Source of the DNA: an uncultured Chloroflexia bacterium
GTDB taxonomy: Bacteria; Chloroflexota; Anaerolineae; CG2-30-64-16
Direction: 5' to 3'
Assembly: GCA_963774265.1 (NCBI GenBank)
Contig: CAVZDU010000003.1
Location: 128,001-192,000, forward strand
DNA length: 64,000 nt
Shown: positions 31,857-44,379 of the stretch, one piece after another
Position numbering within the stretch: position 1 is the stretch's first letter
Layout: every line of letters begins with the position of its first letter
The notes under the pieces: model-generated
Database searches by the model: none
What the model was told of the DNA's origin: nothing
The model's input: only the letters and a program-made list of their open reading frames with translations
Position numbers and translations under genes: made by a program

Positions 31857-34715
31857 ATGCGCACCCACACCCGGCTCGTGGTCGTCCTCTTCTGTACGGC
31901 GTGGCTTCTCCTGTTGTTCCGATTGGACAGCATCCCGCCTGGCTTTCAGCACGATCAAACGTTCGACTCTCTGAACGCGCTGCAAGTGGTTGGCGGTCAT
32001 TTCCCCATCTATTTTCCCGTGAATTTCGGCCTCGATCCGGCATTCATGTATGCCGCGGCTGGGATCTTCCGCCTGATCGGAGGGCACTACGTCTGGGGCA
32101 TCCGTTTTACGGCGGCCATCTTCGCCATGCTCGGCCTGGCCTTCACGCTCATTCTTGCCCGCCAGTATCTCGGGCGCTGCGCGGCGCTCTTCGCCACTGC
32201 ACTGACCGCAGGTTCCTTCTGGTTCCTGTTCGCTGGCCGGCTCGGCCTCGAACCCATCGCACTTCTGCCGGCTGCACTGGCCTGCTTCTATTTCTCGCGC
32301 GCACCGAACCACGGCCGTCCTTCTCGGCTTACCTCCTTGCGGGGGTGATGGCGGGCGCCGCCAATTACACCTACCTCGCCGCGCTGGACGCTCTACGCAT
32401 TGCCGTTGATCCTGCTCGGCTACGAAATAGCGCTTGTCCTCCTGGCCCGGCTGCGGGGTCGTGCACAGCCGCCGCAGGTGCGGCCGCGCATGGCAGGATT
32501 GCTGGGGATGCTCCTCGCGATGCTATTGGTGAGCGGCCCACTGCTGGTCTATCTGTTGACCCATTCCTTTCAGGCCGACGGTCGCATCGGGGAGTTGGCC
32601 GGTCCGCTCAACGCGGCCTTTGCGGATGGCAATCTGTTGCCTTTGCTCAACAATTTCATCGACCTTGCGCGCACCCTCCTGTGGGATGGTTCGCCGTGGC
32701 TGCCTTTTCACTACGCCGTGCCGGGACGCGCCGTGCTCCAGCCCATATGGGCGGTCTTTTTTGTCGTGGGGCTGGTGATTACGTTGGCTCGTCTAGGCCG
32801 GCGTCGCGATTTCTTGCTGCTCGTGGCGTTGCTGCTGGGCCTCGGGCTGACCCTGTTGACCAGCACGGACGCGATCCACATGCGCAGCATCTACGCGCTG
32901 CCTATCCTGTTTATCATCGCGGTGCGCGGCGCCTTGGCCGTAGCGGCGTTCGGCCAACGTCAGCTCGGGAGGTTGCGCCCTGCTCGGGGCGCCAGGCATC
33001 GTCCGCTGCCAGCCTGGTTGTCGGCTGCTGTGCTGGTGGGGCTGCTTTCCTGGCACTTCGTCGACAACGCCATCGCTTACTTTCATGATTGGTCCACGGC
33101 AGAGCCCGCGCAGCGTATCTACAACGCCGATTTCCGCTTGGCCGCACGCTACCTGGATCAAAACGCCGGGCAGGACGCGATCTTCATCGGCACGGATCGG
33201 CTCATCGACCTGGATAGCGAAACATATGCCCTCTATGAGCCGTCGCGGAAGGATGTCAACTGGTTTCGCCTGCCGGGCAACCCACCCTTGCCTGCACGCG
33301 GTGGGGCAATCTACCTCGGTCCCACCACCGCAGACATCCCGCCGATGCTCCAATTGCTGCTCGACGCCGGTGCGCAACAGGACTACCTGCGTGATGCCCA
33401 GGGGAGGGCGCTCGTGTGGGCGATTCGGGCGGCGCCCGACGTCCTGCAGCGGGCCGCGGCCAATACGAATCTGCGACCGCTTGATCTGCCCGTGACTTAT
33501 GAATCCGCTCTGCGCCTCGACGCCGTAGGGTGGCAGGATCACGGCTCCGAAGCAATGCTGGCAACGCAGTGGACCGCGCTGGGCCCCTGGCCGCACTCCG
33601 CGGATCCCGGTAATCCGCTGCTCCAACCGAAGGTCGGCCTATCTATCACCGATCGCTCGGGCTATCGCTGGCTCACCGTGGATGCGCCCCTGATGCTGCC
33701 GGTGCACAATGTTCGCACGGGCCTGCCCATGCTGGAGACGATAAGCCTCTCGCTCCCATCTGACATGCCGGCCGGATCGTATCAGTTGTACCTGGTGCTC
33801 TACGACGACAAGGCGGGTCCGCTTGCGATGGCACGGGGAACCGGCCCGCTCAAATCCACACCCATCTCTGTCGCGACGCTCGACGTGGCTATGCGGCCCC
33901 TCGCCGACGCCCCAACCCCGCCCTACGACGCGGGTGACGCCCCAGCCGGTGCGCTGTTGCGTGCGACCGGCAGGTGGGAGCCCTGGGAGAAACTGGTCGC
34001 CGGCGTATCGACGAACCTGCACGTCTCCTGGCAAGCCCAACAGCAGCTGGAAACCGAGGGCCTGGCTTTCCGCATCAGCGCTTATGACGAGAATCTAGCT
34101 TTGCTTTGGCAGCAGGTCGCGACCCCACAGATCGCCTTGCCGCGCGTGTGGGAGGCCGGTCGAACCCTTCGATTATCCCATACGGTGAAGCCCCAGGAGG
34201 GTGCACGGGGAGCAACCAGGGTCCGCCTGACGGTGTGCGCCGAGCAGGCGGCCGGTACCCTGGGTTGTGCGATGGCGGATGGGGTTCAGGTTATCAGCCA
34301 ACCGCCCGTTATGGCGCTTGCGCAGCCCCCCCAGCATGCTGTCGGTGCGCGTTGGGGCGATTCACTCACCCTGGTTGGCTACGATCTGAGTCAGGACGGC
34401 GCGGATCTGGCATTGACCCTCTACTGGAAAGCCGGCGCGGCGTCCACCGGCCCGCTCAAGCGTTTCGTCCACCTGCTCGGCGCAGATGGTCGCATCCTGG
34501 CCCAATCGGACGAGCCCCTGGAAAACAACGGCATACCGGTCACGTACTGGCGGAACGGGGAATACGTGGTAGATCACCCCCGATACGCATCGCAGCAGGT
34601 CCCAGGTGTGCAGGCAGTATGCGTGGGGCTCTATGACGCGGCAACCGAGGAGCGCCTCGCGGTGGTCACGGCATCGGGCGAGGCGGTGCCCGATGCACGG
34701 CTTTGCTTCCGCTAA
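31857..34715 (+). CDS. ArnT/GT39-like GT-C glycosyltransferase with tandem C-terminal modules (two frameshifts near 32290 and 32385)
   Basis: IPPGFQHDQTFD, GHFPIYFPVNFGLDP and NYTYLAA. ORF 32400..34715 ends with LTLYWKA...KRFVHLL...VGLYDAATEERL. Confidence 0.7.
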
Positions 34716-34722
34716 AGAAGCT

Positions 34723-35931
34723 TCAGATCGGGATCCCCAACCCGCGATATGCCAACAGATGCCCCTGTGCGATCGTTTCCCACTCGAACTGGCGGGACAG
34801 CACTGCGGCTTTTGCGGCGAGCCGCGATCGCAACGCGGGACCGGTCATCAGGCGGATCACCGCCTCGGCCATGCGGGCTGGATCCTCTGGCGGGGTGAGC
34901 AAGGCGCTCTCGCCATCCTCGAGCATGGGGAACTTCTTCATGGCCTCAGCGGTCATGCCCGTCAGCGCGGTGCTGACGATGGGCACCCCGTGCGCCAGCG
35001 CAGCCATGAGGCTCCCGTGCCGCAATGATGCACCCTCGCGATACGGCAGCACCGCACAATCCACCGCAAGCAGGTTCGCCGACACTTCTTCGGAAGACGT
35101 GAAACCGGTCCACTGAACCCGGTCGGCCACGTGCAAATCGTCGATGAGCCGTTCCACCTTTGCCAGGTAGGCCGTGTTCGTTGGGTCGCTGGAACCCACT
35201 TTGCCGCCCACCATGAGGAGGCGCGCGGGCGCGTTGCGCCGAACGAGCTCAGCCAGGCAGCGCACCAGCGTCTCGCCGCCTTTGTTGGCGTTCAGGAATC
35301 CGAAGTAGGCCAGCAGCCACGTGTCGGGCCCCGCACCCCACTTCGCGCGCTGTCTTGACCGATCATATCCCTTGGGCGTCTCGCAGCGGATGTTGCTGCC
35401 GATGGGGATGGGCCTGAGCTTTTCGCCCAGCCCGGCCCGATTGAGGCGCAGCCAGTCCGTGGGATTAGTGACCACCGACGCGTCGCTCCCGCGCGCCAGC
35501 GCCAGTACGGCCTGCCAGCGGAGCGGTCCAGCCTTGGGGAACAAGTACGGGAATTTGAGATCGTGAAACGTGGTGAGCACCAGCGGCCGCCTGCGCAGCA
35601 AATGCAACCGTTTGGGCAGCAAGTTCACGGCCGGGTGCAGCCCATAGGCCGCCGATTGGTATTGGATCTGCACCACCTGGGGTTGCACTTCCTGGATCGC
35701 GGCCAATACGTGCCCCCACAGGTTCCAGCCGTGTTGTCTTAGCACGGGATACACAGTGGGTTCGTAGGGTGTGGCAGGTGTGCGCAGGTGATCGCCGCCG
35801 GCATCGACATGGGTGAGCACGTGTACATCCGCGCCCAGTTCGCCGAGCGCTTCACTGAGTCGCCGGGTGTAGTCGCCCACACCACCCTGCATCGACGGAT
35901 ATTCCCCGGTCACAAACAGAATCCGCATCAA
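34723..35931 (-). CDS. Glycosyltransferase family 4
   Basis: TGEYPSMQGGVGDY, FGFLNANKG, VLPYREGASLRHGSLMAALAHG and FEWETIA. Confidence 0.9.
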   Translation of the reverse strand: MMRILFVTGEYPSMQGGVGDYTRRLSEALGELGADVHVLTHVDAGGDHLRTPATPYEPTVYPVLRQHGWNLWGHVLAAIQEVQPQVVQIQYQSAAYGLHPAVNLLPKRLHLLRRRPLVLTTFHDLKFPYLFPKAGPLRWQAVLALARGSDASVVTNPTDWLRLNRAGLGEKLRPIPIGSNIRCETPKGYDRSRQRAKWGAGPDTWLLAYFGFLNANKGGETLVRCLAELVRRNAPARLLMVGGKVGSSDPTNTAYLAKVERLIDDLHVADRVQWTGFTSSEEVSANLLAVDCAVLPYREGASLRHGSLMAALAHGVPIVSTALTGMTAEAMKKFPMLEDGESALLTPPEDPARMAEAVIRLMTGPALRSRLAAKAAVLSRQFEWETIAQGHLLAYRGLGIPI

Positions 35932-36851
35932 GTTAACCCCGATTTCAGCAACTGACCATACGCCTGCATCCGCTCTGCGCGTAATGGGCGGCTAGAACCA
36001 AGCGCGTATTTGGCCGCCTCAATGACCCATTCTATGGCGAACATGACCAGCAGGGCAAGCCGCAACGTCTGGGCCTGGACCGGCCCGTGATGTTTGCGAA
36101 AATAGCGCACTTTGCTTGTGTTGAAGCGGATGTGCCGCGCGGCAGTCACCTGCTCCGATGACCTGCCCTCGTAATGCGTGATCACCGCCTCAGGCAGGTA
36201 GACGATTTTCCATCCTGCATCCTTAACCCGCTTCTGCCAGTCGAGTTCCTCCGAGTACATGAAGTACCCTTCGTCGAACCCGCCGACCTTGTCTAGCACC
36301 GCGCGCCGGGTGAGGAGCGCTGCGCCGACCAGCCAGTCGACCTCCTGCTCCACATCACCAGGCCGATCCGCCAGGTGATAGCGTCGCGCCCACCGATTTC
36401 GCTCGGGAGGCCAATGCCAGGCCAGGGGGGTGCTTTCGAGCAGGGCTGTGGCCAGGGTGGGGAAGCGTCGCCGCGACGATTGGGGCGAGCCGTCGCCGTA
36501 GCGCAATTGCGGTCCGACGACGCCGGCCGCCGGATGGCTCTCCAGGTATTCCACCAGGGTCGCCAAGGCGTCGCCCTGTACGAGGGTATCCGGGTTGAGC
36601 AGGAGGATGTACTGCCCATGCGCCAGCGCCAGCCCCTGGTTGTTCCCGCCTGTGAACCCGCGGTTCTCGCTATTGGCCACCAGCTTGACGGCCGGAAACT
36701 CTGCGGACACCATCGCTGCGCTGCCGTCCGACGACGCATTATCGACGACGATCACCTCTGCATCACACGGCAGTGCCGCGAGGCACGTACGCAGCAGATC
36801 ACGTACATTCCAGCTCACGATGATAATCGACAGATCAGCTAAGTTAGCCAT
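35928..36851 (-). CDS. Glycosyltransferase family 2 (WbbL/rhamnosyltransferase-like)
   Basis: IIIVSWN, VVDNASSDG, GNNQG, LLLNPD and GGFDEGYFMYSEELDW. Confidence 0.9.
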   Translation of the reverse strand: MANLADLSIIIVSWNVRDLLRTCLAALPCDAEVIVVDNASSDGSAAMVSAEFPAVKLVANSENRGFTGGNNQGLALAHGQYILLLNPDTLVQGDALATLVEYLESHPAAGVVGPQLRYGDGSPQSSRRRFPTLATALLESTPLAWHWPPERNRWARRYHLADRPGDVEQEVDWLVGAALLTRRAVLDKVGGFDEGYFMYSEELDWQKRVKDAGWKIVYLPEAVITHYEGRSSEQVTAARHIRFNTSKVRYFRKHHGPVQAQTLRLALLVMFAIEWVIEAAKYALGSSRPLRAERMQAYGQLLKSGLT

Positions 36852-36866
36852 GCGAGGGAAATTCAG

Positions 36867-37853
36867 CTAAACATGGCGTGACACTACAAAATCGGCCAGA
36901 TCTTCCAGCGCCTGCCGGTACGACCCCTGGGGGAAGCATGCGAGGCGAGCCTTTGCGCTGGCCGCGAACTCCGCCGCCTTGGCCGCTGCCAGCTTTATCG
37001 CATCCGAGTGGCGCACCTGGCTGATGATCGCGCCGATCACGTCGCCATCGCCGTGGTCGTCGCCGTCGTTCAACGCGGCGATCACCTGCTCCGGATGAGG
37101 ATGACCCTGCAGAAAATAGAAGAATGGCAGCGTCACGATGCCCTGCCGCAGATCACCGCCGACCGGCTTGCCCAGCGCCGCTTCTTCACCGCTGTAGTCC
37201 AGAATATCATCCACGATCTGGAACGCCATGCCCAGGTCTTTGCCATAGTTGAACAGCGCTTGCTCTTGTTCCGCGGTCGCGCCGCCCAGGATCGCGCCGC
37301 TCTTCGTGGCTGCTGCAAATAGCGACGCCGTCTTGGCAAAGATGCGGGGATAGTAGGCCTCCTGCGGCTGGTCCCACTGCCTGCTGGAGAAGAGCTGGAC
37401 TAACTCGCCCTCGACGATGATCCGCAGGGTATCGGCGAAGAGCTGGACCACCGGCACGTTTTCGGTCTCGGCAGCAAAGCTGGCGGCGCGCGCAAAGAGG
37501 TAATCGCCTGCCAGCACGGTCGCACCCTTAGTCCACTGCGCGTTGAGGGTGATGATGCCCCGCCGCACCAGCGCGTTATCGATAAGGTCGTCGTGCACGA
37601 GGGTCGCGTTGTGCAACATCTCGATGGCGGCAGCCACTGCTACGGCCTTGTCGGACGCTGGCTCGCGAAACAGATTGAACGCCGCCAGCGCCAACGCGGG
37701 ACGCAGCCGTTTCCCGCCACTGCCCAGGAGCTGCAGAAAGGCCTCTGCCAGCGGCGAGTATGCGCCGGACGCGATGCCGCGCATTTTTGCTTCGACCCTT
37801 TGGAGGTCGGCCTGCACCAAACTAAGTAATGCGACGTCTTTAATCATAATCAT
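36867..37853 (-). CDS. Polyprenyl diphosphate synthase (HepT/IspB family)
   Basis: GGKRLRP, VHDDLID..RRG, KTASLF and FQIVDDILD...GKPVGGDL. Confidence 0.9.
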   Translation of the reverse strand: MIMIKDVALLSLVQADLQRVEAKMRGIASGAYSPLAEAFLQLLGSGGKRLRPALALAAFNLFREPASDKAVAVAAAIEMLHNATLVHDDLIDNALVRRGIITLNAQWTKGATVLAGDYLFARAASFAAETENVPVVQLFADTLRIIVEGELVQLFSSRQWDQPQEAYYPRIFAKTASLFAAATKSGAILGGATAEQEQALFNYGKDLGMAFQIVDDILDYSGEEAALGKPVGGDLRQGIVTLPFFYFLQGHPHPEQVIAALNDGDDHGDGDVIGAIISQVRHSDAIKLAAAKAAEFAASAKARLACFPQGSYRQALEDLADFVVSRHV

Positions 37854-38710
37854 TCCAACGTAAAACAGCGCCGGGCAGTCACCGTTGTTTGCGCTGCGAT
37901 TTGCTTTGCCGTCATCCCATTCAATTCGGCCAGGGCGCCCGCGACCAGCGGCAGATATGCCGGCTCGTTGCGTTGTCCCCGATAGGGGTGTGGCGCGAGA
38001 TACGGGGCGTCGGTCTCAAGAAGCAGCCGATCGGCCCGCAACCGGGGCGCCAGGCTGTGAAGCCGACGGGCGTTCTGAAACGTCACCGGTCCACCCATCC
38101 CCAAAACTAACCCAAGCTCATACGCGCGAAAAGCATGGTCCAGCGTCCCGCTGAACGCATGCCACACCCCAAAGATAGCATCCTCGCCCCGCGATGTCCG
38201 TATCTCAGGCCACCATCGTGCTATTTCGCACAGAAGATCCTCGATACAACGCTCGTTTCCGTCCCTGGCGTTTCTCGTGTGCAGGATCACGGGCAAGCCC
38301 AATTCGCTTGCCAGCGCCAACTCCGCGGTCAGCGCAGCCTTCTGTTGGTCGTGATCCACCTTCTCCCAGTAATAGTCCAGCCCAATCTCGCCGATGGCGA
38401 CCACCTTTGGGTGCTGCGCCAGGTCGCGTAACGCTGCCATCGTTTCGCTGCCAAAATCAGCGCAGTCGTTCGGGTGGACCCCCACGGCGCCATAGATGGC
38501 CGCATAGCGGTCTGCCAGGGCCAGCACCCGATGGCACGAGTCCACGTCGATCGCCGGATTGACGAAGTTGTTGACCCCCGCGGCCGTTGCCCGCTCGATG
38601 ACCTGCTCCCGGTCCCCGTCGAACTGCCGCAGGTCCAGGTGGCAGTGCGTGTCAATGCACAGGGCGCCTTCGACGGTCAACGAGGATTGGGTCTCGGCGA
38701 TCTCAGCCAA
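37850..38710 (-). CDS. tatD: TatD family DNase
   Basis: [35 protein letters not shown] and RNEPA. Confidence 0.9.
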   Translation of the reverse strand: MAEIAETQSSLTVEGALCIDTHCHLDLRQFDGDREQVIERATAAGVNNFVNPAIDVDSCHRVLALADRYAAIYGAVGVHPNDCADFGSETMAALRDLAQHPKVVAIGEIGLDYYWEKVDHDQQKAALTAELALASELGLPVILHTRNARDGNERCIEDLLCEIARWWPEIRTSRGEDAIFGVWHAFSGTLDHAFRAYELGLVLGMGGPVTFQNARRLHSLAPRLRADRLLLETDAPYLAPHPYRGQRNEPAYLPLVAGALAELNGMTAKQIAAQTTVTARRCFTLE

Positions 38711-40137
38711 GCCCTGCGGCTTTCAGACCGTCCGCCAGGATGGCCTGCATCTTGTCGCCGTGCATGGTCTCGCCGTAGACCCGGATCAACGGCTCCGTCC
38801 CCGAGAATCGCACGAGCAGCCAGCCACCATCTTCCAGGTTGAATTTGTACCCGTCGGTCGTGTCCTTGCCGGTTACCTTGAGTCCACCAATGGTCTCGGG
38901 CATCGGCCCATCCAGCCGGGCCTGTGCGGCCTTCTTCATGTCATTATCGCGCAACCGGGTGTCGATGCGATCGTAGTAATGCGGCCCCCCCACCAGGTCG
39001 AACAGCCGGGTCAGCAACTCCGTCGGCTTCTTGCCGGTCCTGCACATCATGTCCAGAAGGTACAGGTTGGCCAGGATGCCATCGCGCTCCGGCACGTGGC
39101 CTCGGAAGGCAAAGCCTCCGCTCTCCTCGCCACCGATCAGCCCGTTGTGCTTCATCATGGCCGGCGCGACGTACTTGAACCCGACGCCTGTGTTGATCAC
39201 CGGCACGCCGAATCTTTGGCCGAGCTTCTCCAGCATCGACGTCGTGCTCAGAGTCTTGATGATCGCGCCACGCTCCCCGCGGATATCGAGCAGATACATG
39301 GCCAGCAGGCCGTACACGCGTAATTGGTTGACGAACTGCCCGTTCTCATCGCCCAGCCCGCAGCGGTCTGCGTCACCGTCCATGATACACACGACGTCTG
39401 CACCCAACTCGCGCGCCTTGGCCAGCCCCGCGTCCACGTTCGGCGGGATCGGCTCTGGCCGCTTCATTTCGGGGAATATGGGGTTGCGGTCCGCGTGATA
39501 CTCGATGACCCGCGTTTTGCCGCCCGCGATGTAGCGCGAGAGGTACCCGGACCCGTTGCCCCACATGTTGTCGACCAATACCTTGAAACCGGCGTCTTTG
39601 ATGCGCTCGACGTCAACCAGTGACCGGATGCGGGCATCATACGCCGGCAGAGGATCGTAACGCATGATCAGGCCGGCCGTTTCCGCATCATCGAACCGCA
39701 TCCGCTTGACGCCGCTCATGGTCGGGGGAATTTTGGACTCGATGGCTTTCAGCCCCGCCGGATCGATGGCTCCGCCGTTGGGATCGCGGACCTTGAAACC
39801 ATTGTCTCCGGGCGGGTTATGGCTGGCCGTGATGTTGATCGCACCTAATGCCTTCGCATGGGTCACGCCAAAGGAGATGATCGGGGTTGGCACGCCGCCG
39901 CCGCAGAAATGGACGGGCACGCCGTTTGCTGCCAGCACCTCGGCCGCAGCCGCAGCGAAATTCTCGGACAGGAACCGTTTATCTCCGCCGATCACCACGC
40001 CTCGGCTCACCTCGCCGGGATAAGTTTCGCGGATGTACTCCGCAAACCCCTGGCTGCAGCGCCGGACGTTGTCAAACGTATAGTCTTCCGCGATGCCCAC
40101 CGCGCCACCCATCGGTTCCAAAGACGATATCGCTCAT
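38703..40137 (-). CDS. manB: Phosphomannomutase/phosphoglucomutase (frameshift near 40100)
   Basis: The N-terminus [13 protein letters not shown] from ATG 40137 is in another frame. Also TASHNPP, DGDADR, GGEESGG and RFSGTEP. Confidence 0.85.
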
Positions 40138-40162
40138 GCGTCCCCCATCTTGAATCTTCAAT

Positions 40163-41158
<996 letters not shown>

Positions 41159-41182
41159 TCACTCACCTATTTTTGAGATGGC

Positions 41183-42130
41183 CTAAACCCGTGTGCGCCA
41201 ATAGTCGAGCACTTCGGTCAGCGTCTGTTCGAACGGGATGAGCGCCTGCCATCCGGTCCGGCGGCGCAGTTTTGAGCAATCGGCTACGATCACCGGCGCA
41301 TCCACCGGTCGCAGCCGTTCCGGGTCTTGCCGGACTTCGATCGGTGTGGACACGCGTGCTAACAGGGCGCCGAGCAACTCACGCACGGTGTACGCCTTGC
41401 ATGCGCCCAGGTTATACACCTCTCCCGGCACACCCTGCAGCAAGGCCAGCACATAGCCCCGGACGATGTCGCGCACGTCAGAAAAGTCGCGTGCCACATC
41501 GAGATTCCCCACGGTCATCAGGGGCGGCCGCAACCCTGCTTCGATCTCCGCGATCTGGCTGGCAAAGTCCGGCGCGACAAATCCGCGACGCTGCCGCGGC
41601 CCGATGTGATTGAACGGCCTGACGCGCACGGTCCGCAGGCCATGGCTCAGATGATACTGCAACCCCAGGAAGTCCTGGGCGATTTTGCTCACCCCGTAAG
41701 GTGACGTCGGTCGCAGCGGCACGTCCTCGCGCAGCGGCAGGTCTGCCGCTGCCACCTGGCCATACTCTTCGCTTGTCCCTACCACCAGTACGGCCGCTCT
41801 CGGTGCAATCTGGCTGACGGCCTCGAGGACGTTCACTTGCAGCCGGATATTGTTTTCAAGGGTGAACCACGGGTCGATGCGGCTGAGCGATGGGATCGGC
41901 TGCGCGGCCAGATGGAAGATGGCATCGGGGCGGCTGTCCTCGATGATGTTGCGTACCGTTTGGAGCTCGGACAACTCCGCTTCATAGAGCGTCAGGCGTT
42001 CACGGAGATGCGCGATATTTTCATTTCCGCCGTAGACCGTGCCTGCAACAGTCCACGCACCCAAATCCAGCAGATGCTCGGCCAGGTGACTGCCCACAAA
42101 ACCGGAAATCCCTGTGATCAACGCGCGCAA
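41183..42130 (-). CDS. rmd: GDP-4-keto-6-deoxy-D-mannose reductase (GDP-D-rhamnose synthesis)
   Basis: TGISGFVG, SSEEYG-like, SPYGVSK, RPFNHIGP, GNLDVARDFSDVRD and RLRPVD. Adjacent to gmd. Confidence 0.75.
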   Translation of the reverse strand: MRALITGISGFVGSHLAEHLLDLGAWTVAGTVYGGNENIAHLRERLTLYEAELSELQTVRNIIEDSRPDAIFHLAAQPIPSLSRIDPWFTLENNIRLQVNVLEAVSQIAPRAAVLVVGTSEEYGQVAAADLPLREDVPLRPTSPYGVSKIAQDFLGLQYHLSHGLRTVRVRPFNHIGPRQRRGFVAPDFASQIAEIEAGLRPPLMTVGNLDVARDFSDVRDIVRGYVLALLQGVPGEVYNLGACKAYTVRELLGALLARVSTPIEVRQDPERLRPVDAPVIVADCSKLRRRTGWQALIPFEQTLTEVLDYWRTRV

Positions 42131-42239
42131 AAGCAGCCCCCTCCAGTCCGGCGACGTTTGTTACGGTCTCAGCGATTATACCGCATCACAGGGTGAAACA
42201 AAAGAAACCGGCTTCCCTTAGCTGATCAGATGACTTGTT

Positions 42240-43778
42240 TCACACCCGCGGGCCGATCATGTTGATCGAGAACTCCGCATGGCCCCAATGCTCAGTTGCA
42301 GTCACCTTGCCCGAGGCCACGGCGATCACCTCGGCGAAGATGCGTTCTCCCACGCCGGCAAGGGTTTCCCCCTCGGAGATGATCGTGCCTGCATTCAGGT
42401 CCATATCGTCTCCCATCCGGCGGGCCATGGCGGTGTTAGTCGCCAGCTTGATGACGGGCGCGATGGGACAGCCCACCGGGGTGCCGCGCCCGGTAGTGAA
42501 GGCCACCACCTGTGCGCCCCCGGCAACCATGCCCGTGATCGATTCGGGATCATTCCCCGGCGTATCCATGAGCACCAGGCCAGGTCTTGAGGGGCGGCAG
42601 GCGTAACCCACCATCTCTTGTACGGGAAAGTGTCCTCCCTTGGTGATCGCGCCGAGCGACTTCTCTTCGATGGTGGTCAGCCCGCCCGCGATGTTGCCCG
42701 GGGACGGCTGCGCGCCCCGCATGTCCACCCCCATCCGTCGCGCGGCGTCCTCTGCTCGATAGACGGCCGCCAGGATGGCCTCTGCCTGGACCGGCTGGGC
42801 GCGACCCGCAAGCAGGTGCTCTGCGCCGATGAACTCCGAGGTCTCCGACAGGATCACGCTGCCCCCTGCGGCCACGAGCAGGTCGCTGGCGATCCCCAGC
42901 GCCGGGTTGGCGGTGACTCCCGACCAGGCATCGGACCCGCCGCACTCCAGCCCCAAAATCAGTTCAGCAATCGGGATCGGCGTGCGCTGCGCATGCTGGG
43001 CATCTGTCAGCAACTCGGCCGCGATCGCTGCGCCGCGCTGTGCAGTTGCGGCCGCGCCGCCCTCATCCTGGATGTTGAGCAGCCGCACTGTCACGCCAGC
43101 CGCCGCGAGGCGCTCCGCCAGTCCCGCCGCATCCAGCGACTCACAGCCCAGCCCGATCAGGAGCACGGCCGCCACGTTCGGATGGGAAGCGAAGCCTTCG
43201 AGGGTGCGCGTCGTCTGCGCCAGGTCTGCACCGAGCTGGCTGCAGCCATAGACATGGGGCAGCGGGACGACGCCCGGGACAAGCTGGCCGATGCGCCGCA
43301 CTGCGCCGTTCGCACACTGCACCGAGGGGAGGATCAGCACGTGATTGCGGGTCCCGGCGCGGCCATCCGCGCGGCGGTAGCCCAGAAAGGTCAGATCGCT
43401 CGCAGCGACCGCTGCTTCTGCATGAACGGGTAAGGGGCGGTCGGTCGTCGTCCCGCTTCCTCGCAGAATCGGCAGGGGCGCGTCCAGGTCACCCCGTCCG
43501 CGCAAGCTTTCGATATTGTGGACGTGAACGTGTTCCCCTGGCGCGATGGCCGCGGTTGCCCGGCCGATTGGCTGTCCGTATTTCACAAGGATCTCGCCAG
43601 CGGGGATGGCCTGTCGCGCCAGCTTGTGACCGGATGGAATCGGGGCGGGGAGCGTGATCGGCTTGCCACCTGCGAAGGTGATATGTCCGGCCGGCAGGTC
43701 GGTGACGGCGAGCAACGCATTGTCATCGGGGTGCATCAACAGGGCGTCGGTGGCTGGGTTGATCAGATCGGCGGGCAT
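42240..43778 (-). CDS. uxaA: UxaA/GarD family sugar-acid dehydratase (SAF + GD_AH_C)
   Basis: HPDDNA, GHKLA, KYGQPIG, HVHVHNI, GLGCE, ECGGSD, IEEKSLG and FTTGRG. Confidence 0.85.
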   Translation of the reverse strand: MPADLINPATDALLMHPDDNALLAVTDLPAGHITFAGGKPITLPAPIPSGHKLARQAIPAGEILVKYGQPIGRATAAIAPGEHVHVHNIESLRGRGDLDAPLPILRGSGTTTDRPLPVHAEAAVAASDLTFLGYRRADGRAGTRNHVLILPSVQCANGAVRRIGQLVPGVVPLPHVYGCSQLGADLAQTTRTLEGFASHPNVAAVLLIGLGCESLDAAGLAERLAAAGVTVRLLNIQDEGGAAATAQRGAAIAAELLTDAQHAQRTPIPIAELILGLECGGSDAWSGVTANPALGIASDLLVAAGGSVILSETSEFIGAEHLLAGRAQPVQAEAILAAVYRAEDAARRMGVDMRGAQPSPGNIAGGLTTIEEKSLGAITKGGHFPVQEMVGYACRPSRPGLVLMDTPGNDPESITGMVAGGAQVVAFTTGRGTPVGCPIAPVIKLATNTAMARRMGDDMDLNAGTIISEGETLAGVGERIFAEVIAVASGKVTATEHWGHAEFSINMIGPRV

Positions 43779-43928
43779 GGGCTCCCTTTCGTTCGCTCAG
43801 GTTGGGGTGCAGTATAGCGGGACGCTTCCCATGGGGCAGCCCGGCGGCGCGGTGGCAAGTGAGGGGCGGATGGACGATTTCACCCGCCCTTTCTTTTGCT
43901 GCGTTCTTCTCTTGGACTTTGGGCATTA

Positions 43929-44013
43929 GTGGGGGGATGAACACAAACACCTTCCCGCAGTTGGAACCGTTTCGGTTGGCAGTGTACCACAGTTTCGACC
44001 GCCGTGCGGATGC
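43929..44013 (+). pseudogene. Truncated 5' end of an IS701-like/NF041680-type transposase (copy 1)
   Basis: Encodes MNTNTFPQLEPFRLAVYHSFDRRADA, which resembles the 'FR..vY..F..RADA..EL' N-terminus of these transposases. It is an inverted copy of 47984-48068. Confidence 0.55.
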
Positions 44014-44192
44014 TCGACGACGAGATGGGTCAAGAAGGCTTCCAGCTCGGGCTTGCCCATGTCGAGCGGATGGCGCGTGTCGTGAAAGAGGATGTAGCGC
44101 CTGGCCCAACTGATGTAGGTCTTCTCCGTCTCGTAGGAGTAGTTTCGCAGACGGGGTTTATCGCGCATCTGGCTATTTCGGAGATAACTCAC
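44010..44192 (-). pseudogene. intI: Integron integrase N-terminal (SAM-like) domain, truncated
   Basis: RLRNYSYETEKTYISWARRYILFHDTRHPLDMGKPELEAFLTHLVVE is a classic IntI N-terminus. It is cut off by the IS remnant and is divergent from the cassettes. Confidence 0.85.
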
Positions 44193-44238
44193 GCGCTATG
44201 CGGGATATGTATCTGGATTCGTCTACTTCTCCTACAAC

Positions 44239-44302
44239 TTGCATATCTTTATGCCTCATGATATGCTTAATGTGCAAGTAGCGGGAGAATGAGTTGTTAG
44301 CC
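44239..44302 (+). promoter_or_regulatory. Integron Pc-like promoter and attI crossover site
   Basis: TTGCAT-17-TATGCT (44239-44267) with an extended TG. GTTAGCC core at 44296-44302 is complementary to the GGCTAAC of the first attC. Confidence 0.65.
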
Positions 44303-44379
44303 AGACGCACGAATAAGCCCACGCTGGTCGCCACTCGAACGAACGCCAAGCGCCGCCGGACCGCACAAGGAGCTAACCG

